From a virus (lineage: Duplodnaviria > Caudoviricetes), in the IMG/VR virus record IMGVR_UViG_3300021256_000073, positions 39,607 to 103,606 of that record: 64,000 nt of DNA. One strand, 5' to 3'. Below the pieces are notes generated by a model. The model did not search any database. It saw only the letters and a list, made by a program, of their open reading frames with translations, and was not told the DNA's origin. Each line of letters opens with the position of its first letter. Positions within the stretch are counted from its first letter, which is position 1. Made by a program: the position numbers and the translations under genes. Shown piece after piece: positions 10,847 through 22,093 of the stretch.

Positions 10847-11439
10847 TGGAAATAAAGACTATAAATGATTATTATGAGGATGTAAGAAAGCTCTGGCCTA
10901 GGCTTCCTGAGAAAGATATAAAGAGAATTTTAAATTTTGGATTTAAATCTTTATATTTACATAATAGTTATGGTGGCGATACACTTATTAAAGATAAGGA
11001 CTTTCTATGCTATATAGGGTATTTACGTAATAATTCTATATCTCACTATAGCTACTATATAAAGAAATTATGTATAAAACTTCGAGTTCTATACAAAAGA
11101 CGTAAAATTGAATGGGATGGTTACTATTATTTTGCTCTTACTGATACTTAGTATGAAAACTATATAAAGTAGAAGAAAAGTAGAGGCCGTCCAAGAAAAT
11201 GGTTTGATTATGGCCAAATTATGCTATACAGAATTAAAGATGAATGCTCTTTAAGTTAGCATAATTGTCGATATATATTTAAGGTTCCTTATCCAAGTGA
11301 AATAGGATATAAATCTTTACAAAGAAATTATACTAGTGATAAGGCTGAATTAATAGAAATTAGGGAACCTTTAAAGCTTGAAGATATTTTAATAACAAAT
11401 TATAATTATTCTATTTTAAATGAAAAAAGAAACATTTAA
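10846..11439 (+). CDS. Second IHF-like/basic DNA-binding protein with AT-hook-like motif, 197 aa (TAG=Gln)
   Basis: Extends track ORF 10846..11151 through three TAG to TAA 11437-11439. Contains KKSRGRPRKW. Confidence 0.6.
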
Positions 11440-14400
11440 TACATTTGATGGTGGAATGGTTAGGGATTTAAACCCTATTACTACTCCAAATAATGTATTA
11501 ACTGATGCTCTAAATGCTACTTTAGTTACATTCAATGGTAATGAAAATATACTATAGAATGATATGGGAAATACTGAAGTAGGCACTGCTTTTCTTCCAG
11601 CTGGTTATGTCCCTGTAGGAATGAAAGAACATGGTGGTATTATATATGTTGCTGCTTGGAATCCTGAAAGTAAAAAAGGATAGATAGGCTCATTTCCTTC
11701 TCCAAAAAGAATATGGGAAAGTGGAGATTGGAATGTTAATGCATCTGGTGCTACTATAGTTGGAGTGCAGTTTAATACTACTGATTTCTATGAAGAAAAT
11801 TCAGATTTTATTCACACAGAGATAGTAAAGAAGGAACTATTTACATATTCAGATAGTACATCTAAGGATCTGCATCCTGGAGATAGATTTTGTATTACTT
11901 TAGAGAAATCTATGAACACACTACTTCATAATTATGTAGTAGAAGATAAAATTGATATACAATTAGCAGTAGTTAAAGAAGACGGAACCATAGAAATAAT
12001 TGATAATGCTAAAGATAATTGGTTCTTTACCGAAGTCGAAGTAACTGATGAGGATATAGAAGCTACTTCTGAAATGACTGAAGAGTAGAAACAGGAACTT
12101 AAAGAAAGTTACTTACCTACTAAATAGACATAGATAGCCTCATCAAGTATTTCTACTAAGAATTGTCAAGTATTTAAAGGTTCATCTTCAGGAAGACTAC
12201 TATTAATAATATCCATTAAAACTCTTGATTCATTTGACCTTACAAGAACTTATTCACTAGAAGGAGATAGCATAGTAGTTAAGTTTAAGGGAATAGGCAC
12301 AATTGACAATAATGTTATTACTTCTGAGGCTGGGCAACTTGGACTTTATAAGGATTCTGAAAATGCTAATAATTCTGAAATAACAATAACATAGCCATAG
12401 GAAGGAAGTTCAGTTGAATATTCTATTTATCCAAGAATTGATTCTGGAATAATTAAAAGATTTAAACGTTCTGGAGTTATTAATTTTGATAAAATAAAAA
12501 AGAGTCAAGATGACTTCCATGAATGGAGATATTTTGTAGCTGATGACTACTTAAAGATTGGATGGGCATATGAGTTCTATAATCTAGATGCATCTAAGCA
12601 AATTGAGTATATTGAATTAGCTTTCTATGATTATGAAAAACCTAGTTCTTATCCTAACAGTCCTAGCCAAATAATTCAACTAGTCAAGGATTCTTACAGT
12701 GGTAATTTTGAAGAAATATTCAGAAATGAAAGTCTAACTATTTAGAAAGGAAGAATTTATATAGTAGAATTTAGACGTAGAACTACCGATGGGGTTACTA
12801 CAGTTATTGCAGACAAGATGCTATATTATAGTAAATTATATAACTCTTATTATAATAACTTGTACGCAGATAGTTCTAACATAGATTCTGTAGAGTTTTA
12901 GCCTATTAATACTTTATCTGCTCAACTAGATTTTACATCTAATCTAGAATATAGTAAAGATGGAGTTACAAAAGTACATGTTAAAAATCCTGCAAGTACT
13001 GAATATCAAGATGTAGGAGGAATCAATGGACTAACCTAGGGCTACTATGTTACAGATGTAGATAACATTAATGATGGCGAAACTGACACATCAGAAAATG
13101 CACATGAATATGTGACCAAGTTAACTAATAATTATAGTGCTTCTATAAATCTTACTCCTAAACTCAACTTTGGTGTTGAAGGTATTATAGGACAACCTAA
13201 AGATTTAAATACTATTGTAAACAACTTTGGACTTAAAAATGTATCTTCTACTTCTGACAATAGTTGGGTTTCTACTTCAAGTAATGCTGTATTCTCTAAT
13301 ATTTCAGATACAAACATTACTACAGATACTACTAGTATGACTAAAACTATGTCTGGAGGTAATCTAAATATTAATGGAATTAAGTTTAGTTAGAATAGAT
13401 ATGTACAAGGTAAGTCTACTGATGTGCAGCAAAATACCTATTCTATACAGGAACTAGCTCCTTTATATAGTCCACAGCTTTCTACAGAGAAGAAAAGAAT
13501 GGTATTCTCAGCATTTAATAGAGAGTCACCTATAGTTGTAGCAATGCAAAGAGAGGACTCTTATTATAATTGCACTATACATGGTAATGATGTTATCTTA
13601 GGTCCAAATACAGGAGCAGGAGACGATGATGACGCTCTTGATACTGCAGTACGTAGACTCAATGAGTCATTTATACCTACAGTATCAATAATGACTGGAA
13701 TTGGAGGAGATTATGGATCTCTTTGGATGAAAGGCGGTACTAGAAGAGCTGGTAGTTATATGGGTGGATGGTCATGTGGTAAGAATGAAGTAGATGGAGG
13801 AGATAACTTCATGATTGCTGTATGGAAATTTGACAACGGTTACTCTAGAATAGTAAACTTATTCAGTCCAAGAACATGGAAAGCTTAGTCTGGTATTGCA
13901 TGGCCAAGACTTGATGTAATGCTTAAATGTTTACTTAGTTAGATATTTATCTTACAACAAGTTACTAAGAATGGTAAGTATATTACTACTAACAATAAGT
14001 ACTATAGATACCAAGAAGGAGAATCACTAATAAACTTTAGTGTAGGAATTCCTGATGGAACTGATGTTTCAGGCCTTACATCTAATATAATGTATCCTTA
14101 CTCTCCAGATTCTGAATACATCAATACAAGTTTATATGATTTGTGTGCTGTATGGAAAGCAAAAGGAAGTGCAAATAACAAGCTTGCTAATCTTGTTAAT
14201 CTTGTACCTAAAGTAAATCTTAATTATACAAATAGTATAGATTTACAATAGACTATTAATGAGGACTTTGGTGTAAATGATGTACTAAGATACTATCTTG
14301 GAGGTAAATTAGAATTGTCTGCAAGTGATAATGGTAATACTCCTGGAGATATCTATATTGTGGACAAATCATAGAGTACTTATAATAAAACTGTATGTGC

Positions 14401-14749
14401 TAATAGTAATAGTACTTAGCCTCTTCCAAATAATGATGGCACATTTGAGTGGACAGGAATGCCTATACTTAAAAAGTGCTTATCTAGTGCTTCTACTGGA
14501 GAAAGTCTTTATGACTGGAATGGAGGTAGCTGGACAATGAAATATCCATTTAAAAAGATGTTCATTACAAAAGGAGAGTTTGAGGGTTGGACAAGTATTC
14601 CTGAAAATGAAAATAATGAATTGCTTGGAAGAAGTTCATTTGCTGAAGGAAAGAGCTATATAGGTCAATGGGTTAAACATACAGACCAACAAGCTCCTGA
14701 TCTATTCTATAGTGTACTCAGTTCTAACAAATCACTTTATAGTGTTTAA
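11420..14749 (+). CDS. Large tail protein with tail-stabilisation/muzzle-like N-terminus, 1109 aa (TAG=Gln)
   Basis: Joins track ORFs 11765, 13112, 13424 and 14459 (same frame). N-terminus MKKETFNTFDGGMVRDLNPITTPNNVLTDALNAT resembles the start of tail-stabilisation proteins. Confidence 0.7.
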
Positions 14750-14751
14750 TA

Positions 14752-17700
14752 ATGGCTTTAAATCTATAGTTTTCAATTGGGCAGGCAGCTAAGTGCCTAG
14801 CTTAGAAAGGAGACCTTGTATATGAGTATAATCCTTTCAAAACTTTTAGAATAAATGGTCCAGATACAGAGCTTGGGGATGAACCTCCAGGCTCTATACT
14901 GGATTTAGATACAGAAAAACTACAATTTGATCTTAACCATCCAGTAGATATTATTACATAGCCCTCTTATGATGGTTCTGTTAATCTTATCTTAAATGAT
15001 GGTATACACTCTCCAAAACTTATAAATAGCAGATTCTCAGTTATAGGAGATGGATAGTATTAGATTGTAGATAGACAAGGAGATAATGATACAAACATAT
15101 ATGATAAAGAATCATTTGATACTGATGTATCTCTATATAAAAAGGCTACTACAATAGCTAAAATTAAATTCATAGGTCTTACCTCTGGAGGAAACTTAAA
15201 AGTAGGAAATTACCATTTCTATTTTAAATTAGCCGACTCTGACGGAAATGAAACAGACTTTATAGGAGAATCTGGAATGGTAACTTGTTATATAGGAAAC
15301 CTTAATGAGCCATACTCTATTTAGGGAGGAATTCGTGACCAAAGTAGTTTTAAAGCAGCCCACTTTGAGCTATCTAATTTGGATTCATCTTATGACCATG
15401 TTGTTATTTACTATACACGTAGTTCATCAGATAATCTAAGTAATAGAGAAACTACTGCATTTAAGATATTAAAGGATTATCCTATATATAATTCAAGATG
15501 TATAGTGAGAGTTAATGGTTATGAGGATATTTTAGGTGTAAGTATCAATGATATTAATGTCCAATATAATATTATAGATTCTGCTTTTACATAGGAAGCA
15601 TCACAAAACATGCTTTTCCTAGGAAATGTAAATAAACCTAGAATTCCTTATAAAGAACTTGCTGACCTATCATTAAGAATCTTCCCTACAATCACCTAGG
15701 AAGAAGATATTGGATTTGTGGATTAGAATTATAGAGACAGTTCTGGTAAGTATGAGTACTATAATGTAAATAATATATACTATAAATTAGGATATTGGAA
15801 TGATGAAATCTATCGTTTCGGAGTTGTTTATATTATGAATGACTTTACACTTTCTCCTGTTTTTAATGTAAGAGGTAGAAGTATCCTTGATAGTACAGCT
15901 TGTGTTGTTGAGAGTGTATATGATGGCTCTGGAAATAGAGTGTATATTCCAATTGATAAAGAATATAACAGAATAAATTCTACTGATAATAGTAAAGGAG
16001 TTTCAAGAATAGTTACCACTATTCCATAGATAAATAGTACTTAGAGAAAAGTACATCCAATAGGTATTAAGTTCAATATAAATAGTGATGTTAAACAAGA
16101 GCTTAGTAAATATACAATAGGATTCTTTTTTGTAAGATAGCAACGTATAGCTACTACTCTATGTGAAGCAGCTACTATTGGAGTAGAACAAGTTAGTCAC
16201 CTTCCTACTCTTCCAGTTAGTGGTAATAAGTATATAATGGAAAGCTTCCTTACTAAGAATAGATTATTATCTCATACATTCCAGGATAGAAAAAATACTA
16301 TTACTGATGCCTATGTAAATAGTAGTAGTGCAGCAATATGTCCTGAATATGAACTAAACTATGCTTTCTTTAATTAGTTCTTTACAGGTTCTAAATTTCT
16401 AGTAAAAACTTCTGTAAATAACTACAGTCAAACATACTGTAATGCTTCTAATTTCCACTTCTATAATATGACATAGGGAAATTCTAGTAATAGTGTACAA
16501 GAAGAATTTCAAATTGTTGCCATAAAAGATGGATAGGCACTAGCAAAGAATACTAATTCGCTGTATTCGGCATTAGCAGGTACTGCTGAAGAGGTATTTA
16601 GAGTTTCATATTTTCAATTTAAAAGTCCTTCTGAGAAAGCTACAAACTTACTAAGAGGTGTGTATGGACCTTATATAGGACTTGAAGGAAGTATAGGACT
16701 GCCAGGTAATATGTAGTTGATTGATATAAAGATTCCTAACTATAATGAGGCTAATATGGATGAGTACTTCCAAATTAGATATTAGGACTCTTCTCCTTTC
16801 TTCCCAATTTCTGATAGAATAGCTTGGAAAGATGCTAGTTCAGATACTATATATTATAGAGGTGACTGTTTTATAGGTAACTTTACACATAGAATGGTTA
16901 GAAACTTTGCAGACCCATCTGCCCCATATAATGATGATATTATTGATATTAATGTATGGGCGGATAAGATGGATTTGTCGGATAAAGACTCATTTGAAAA
17001 AGTAAATAGAGGTGATGTAAATGCAGTTAAAATGGGGCACTGGTTTACAACTAAAGTTTGTAGTAATTTAAATATATCTTTAAGAAGTGTAGATCATTCT
17101 TGGGCTTCAGAAGAAGGTATTACAAATAAACCTAGAGCTTTCTATCCTCTTTATGCAATGAGTACATCTGGAGAAAATAAAGTTCCAGAATCTAATGTAT
17201 ATAATAAGGGTTACCATAACACTCTTTCTTCAAGATATAATTATGAGACTCCTAATGTTCCAGCTATAAAAGATGTATTTACTACGAGAATAATGTACTC
17301 TGACATAGCAATAAACGATGCTTTTAGAAATGGCTATAGAGTATTTGATTTAATGCACTATCGTGATTATACCTTAACATATGGTTCTTTAAAACGCCTG
17401 GTTGAATGGTAGAGTAATCTTATTGCTGTTTTTGAACATGGAGTTTGTTTAATACCAGTTAATGAAAGAGTAGTTTCAGGACGAGGTGCAGGCGGAAATG
17501 TTTTCATAAACACCTCTAACGTACTCCCTGAGACTCCATTAGTTCTTAGTGATATGTTTGGTAGTCAGTGGGCAGAAAGTGTCTTGAAGACTCCAAATTA
17601 TGTATATGGTGTAGATACAGTTGGTAAGAAGATTTGGAGAACAAATGGAAAATCTTTTGAAATTATATCTAATTTAAAAGTTTAGAAGTTCCTTATTGAT

Positions 17701-19383
17701 AATATATCTCTTACAGAAACAGAGTCTACCCCAATTATAGGTATTAGAAATGTAAAAACTCATTACAATGCCTATAAAGAAGATGTAATGTTCACTTTCT
17801 ATGATGATATTAATAATATAGAAGAGAAAGTTTGGAATTTATGTTGGAATGAACTTACAAATAAATTTACAACATTCTATTCTTGGGTTCCTTCTTACTC
17901 AGCTAATATTGATAATATAATGTTTACTTTTGACAGGGATACCTCTAAGATAATTACTAAACTTACAGAGTATTATCCTAAAATTAAACTATCTCCTACA
18001 ACAGAATCATATAGAAATGCATAGTATACAGGAGGGGATACATGGATTGAACTAGGAACACTGAGTATTAATGGTTCAGATTCAAACTACACATTTGAAA
18101 TCTACAATGATAACTCTAATAATAAGGATTATTTCTATATTACTAATAACAAATTATATGTTTCAAGGGCTGCTTACATAACCTTGAATTTCTGGTCAGC
18201 AACAGTAAAAGCTATTATTGTTACTTCTAATAGTGATATTGAAAGAGAAAATAGATATGTTTCAGGAGCTATATATGGAGTGGTTACAGCTTGTAAAGAT
18301 GCTTATAAGAACACTCTTACTACTTCATTCTGGAAGCATGGTTAGGCTGGACTTATGAAACACAGGGATATCAAACCTTGTTTCTGGTATGGTAAATAGC
18401 ATCCATTTGAGTTTGAATTTGTAGTTTTAGATAACCCTTAGACTCATAAAGTATTCGATAATTTAGAGATTATAAGTAATAAAGCACAACCAGAATCATT
18501 CCACTTTGAAATAGTTGGAGAAGTTTATGATTTTGCAGATGACAAATTAAATATGTATTATAGACAAGAAGCCACTAAATAGGTATTTTAGAGATTAGGT
18601 TCTAACATTAAGTTTAATAGGAATTTTACATCTCTACTACCTAAATAGGAAAAGATAATAGGCTCTACCTATAATAAAAAGTCTACATACTTACCTCTAT
18701 ATTATCAACGTATTGAAAACCTAGATAAGATATATAATTCTTATACTTAGATGCAGTACAATAATGGAAAGAATTGGAATAATCTAGTTCCTAGAGATTA
18801 TTGTCATTTATCTGGTTCTGAAATAGTATATGATCCATAGTTATCTGAGTTTAGAATAGCTACACATATAAAATGTTGTCCTTTAGATGGATATTATGAT
18901 AAAGAGATTACTAAAGATGAGTACAACTACATAGTATCTCATTTTAATCCAGCATTTAAAAAGGCTTTTGCTTGGACTACAGATAATGGAACTAAATTCT
19001 ATGAAAGAGTATTCTATGGAAGAATAAAAGGTAATTCTGATTATAAAGAGGATAAATGGTATGTATAGATTCCTTCTATTACATTTATGTAGAAAAATGA
19101 AGCTACATGGAGTAAACCACCACTTGTTATAAGTCCTCTCGAATTACCTAGTGATATAACAAGTACCCAACTTAATTAGGCTTTGCTACCAGAGGGTTAT
19201 ACACTTGAAGATATAGATGTACTACCTAATACTTATGAACAAGGAAATAGATTAAGTGGGTGGACTAATAGAAAGGAAACTAAACTAAGAGATAAGTATA
19301 TGAAAGTACGCATTAGATATACAGGTAATGATCTGGCAGTTATATCTGCTATTAAAACTATTTATACAGAGAGTTATGCGTAA
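14752..19383 (+). CDS. Tail stabilisation/muzzle protein, 1543 aa (TAG=Gln)
   Basis: Joins track ORFs 15379, 15835, 16894, 17788 and 19183 (same frame). Beta-propeller-like segments (YGVDTVGKKIWR, FTTFYSWVP) and C-terminus KLRDKYMKVRIRY. Confidence 0.72.
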
Positions 19384-21058
19384 ACAATTAATAAAAAGAA
19401 AGTAGCTGGGAGGGGTTTTAGGACCCCTCACAGATGCTGCTAAAAACGCTATTGCAGATACTGAAGAAGATACTATTGCCAGTAACCTTTTCGGAAGTTC
19501 TGCAGCAGCAAAAAATGTAGATAACTTCTCAGCTAGTAATTGGACTGAGAATTTTAAGCCTACTTCTAAGGTAAGTTTATTGGATAAAATAAAAGGATTT
19601 GGACAAGGAGCTTTAAATTCTTTAGGAGGTGTATCAGGTGCCACCAATTTAGCAAGTAATATGTTGGGGTCTATTATAGGCAAGCCTGATATAAATTCTG
19701 GAGGGTTCAAGACTGTAGATAATATACTTGGAATAGCACAAAATTTTCCTATTGTTGACCAATATGCATCTCTTTTAAAATTTGGAATGAATACTCTTAA
19801 TTCGTTAGGAGCTAAGAAACTAAAAGAGGTTAAAGATGACTAGGCTACTGCTGATACTCTTGCAAATACTGGAGGAGGTTACGGTGGGTTTATGAAAGAC
19901 TGGGATGAGGCTAGTAACCTATCAGGAAAAAGTGTTGGATTTTTTACAGGTTCATCTAAGTACAATAGAATGATTGAAAAAGCTAATGCAGACTTAGCAA
20001 AAGTAGAGAAAATTACTAATGCTAATACTACTAATAACCTACTTACTGCTTAGATGGGAGATGTTTGGAATCAAAGAACAATGAATGAAATGAATGGAGG
20101 TTTTGGAAACATTTCATTTGGACGTCTTGGATTAAAGGTAGATATCCTTCCAAAAGTACATGCTATTTTAAATACTCCTAAAGTAGTAGCAACTCTTACA
20201 GAGTATGAGGAAGAAACTCCTCTATTTAAAGAGGGTGGTAAAATGAATGTAATTCCAGAAGGTTCTCTTCATGCTAGACTTCACCATATGGAAAATGCAG
20301 ATGGACTCACCAAGAAAGGTATTCCAGTTGTATCTATTTAGGAAGGAGAGCAGCAAGCAGAAATTGAGCTTAATGAGATAATCTTTAGACTTGAAGTTAC
20401 CAAAAAGATTGAAAAACTTATGGAAGATGGTTCAGAAAGTGCAGCTATTGAAGCAGGTAAACTACTTGTAAAAGAGATATTTGAAAATACTGATGATAGA
20501 ACTGGACTTATCGACACTCTTAAGCCAGAAGAAAAGAAACAAACTACTGAAGATATAGTAAAGAATCATCAAGTATTTTAGAAAGGTGGAGAACTTCCAA
20601 ATCTAAAATCCATAGAAGAACTTGTAGATTTAGCTATTAAATAGAGTCCAGCTTTTGTAAAGAGAATTGGAGATGATATGGGATATGCTGAATTTACAGA
20701 TGAAGAAGGTAAAATTCAGAGAGGAACCCATTTATTAAGCTATGCAGAAGATGATGGCGAATATGTAGTGTATCCAGAAATCTAGATGGAAAATGGAAGA
20801 CTGCAATATGAAAAAGATTGGAGAAAAGCATTTGACAAAGCTAAGAGAACTGGAAATGTTATAAGATTTAAAGATCGGGCTGATGCAGAAAAGTTTACTA
20901 AAGAGTATAAGAATTCTAAATAGTGGAAGAACTACTTCGATAAGTGGAATCAACGCTATGGTTCTTATAAGTATGGAGGTATAATTGAAAAATTAGATAC
21001 CCTTTCTGATGAAGAACTTCAAGAATTAAGAAAATATTTAAAAATTGAGGAAGCATGA
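19376..21058 (+). CDS. Putative capsid cargo/internal protein, 560 aa (TAG=Gln)
   Basis: Joins ORFs 19580 and 20054. Gly/Ala-rich amphipathic N-half, VIPEGSLHAR...AEIELNEIIF domain and four xxGG motifs. Ends TGA 21056-21058. Confidence 0.7.
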
Positions 21059-21627
21059 TTAATATTACTTTAGGAGACAAATAGTTTAGGGTAGAAGAAG
21101 CTGCCTCATATAAAGAAAGAAGAGATGGATTACAGGGGGTTACAGATCTTCCACCTAATTAGGGAATGATTTTCTATTTTGACGAACCAGACTTAGTTGA
21201 AATGTGGATGAAAGATACTCCAATACCATTAGATATAATCTTTATAAATAGTGACCAAGAAGTTACAGCTGTTGAAAAAGGCAAGCCAAATGATGAGACT
21301 CTTCTTGGACACGATGATACTCTATATGTAGTAGAACTTAATTAGAATTCTGGAGTAAAAGTTGGAGATGAATTGGAATTTGATGATGACCAAGCTCCTC
21401 AAATGAAAGTACTTGCACCCGATGGTTCTACTTAGATGGAACTTTGGGGAGGAGAAAGAATAGTATCCCGTAGAGAAACTAAAGTTCTTATATCTAAAGC
21501 ATTTAGAGCAAGAGAAAGTCATAACGATAAGGACTATAAAGCATTAGGTAAATATATATTTAAGGTATTTAAAAAATAGGATTCACGAGAACCAGAATAT
21601 GTTCAAAGTCCTGAATCTAAATCTTAA
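21055..21627 (+). CDS. DUF192 (UPF0127) family protein with C-terminal extension, 190 aa (TAG=Gln; absent from ORF track)
   Basis: FRVEEAASYKERRDGLQGVTDLPPNQGMIFYF...MWMKDTPIPLDIIFIN...YVVELNQNSGVKVGD matches the DUF192 signature. Five in-frame TAG. Confidence 0.85.
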
Positions 21628-21715
21628 ATATATAAAAGTTGCTAACGAAGTTGTAAATAGATGTATAAATTAATATATTCACTGTACTTAAGAGTTTAAT
21701 TAAACTATTTGATTT

Positions 21716-22039
21716 ATGAAATTTAAGACATTAAAATTTTAGGAAGGTGGAGCAATGCCTCCACAAGAAGCACCAGCAGGCGCACCTGAAGCAGGTGGAG
21801 CACCAGCAGGCGCACCAGCAGAGGAAGGTCCTGAAGCTGGAGGTCAAGATCCACTACAGCAATTAGTTCAGATGAGTATGCAGGCTCTTTAGAGTCAAGA
21901 TTGCCAAGCAGCAATGGCTGTATGTCAGGCCTTTGTTCAGTTAGCACAGCAGCAAGGTGGTGCTGAACAGCAACCAGAACCACAAGGCGAGCCTGTTTAT
22001 AAGAAAGGCGGTAAATTCGCTAGACTCATAAAGAAATGA
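21716..22039 (+). CDS. Small Ala/Pro/Gln-rich protein with xxGG motifs at both ends, 107 aa (TAG=Gln; absent from ORF track)
   Basis: MKFKTLKFQEGGAMPPQEAPAGAPEAGGAPAGAP...VYKKGGKFARLIKK, ends TGA TAA, followed by a terminator. Confidence 0.8.
21769..21816 (+). repeat. Intragenic direct repeat AGCACCAGCAGGCGCACC x2 (period 30 nt)
   Basis: Copies at 21769-21786 and 21799-21816, encoding APAGAP. Confidence 0.8.
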
Positions 22040-22048
22040 TAACTGAAT

Positions 22049-22081
22049 TGGGGTGTACGTTAGCTCGTATACCCCATTTTT
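22049..22081 (+). terminator. Rho-independent terminator
   Basis: Stem TGGGGTGTACG (22049-22059) / CGTATACCCCA (22066-22076), then TTTTT. Confidence 0.85.
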
Positions 22082-22093
22082 AATATATAACAT

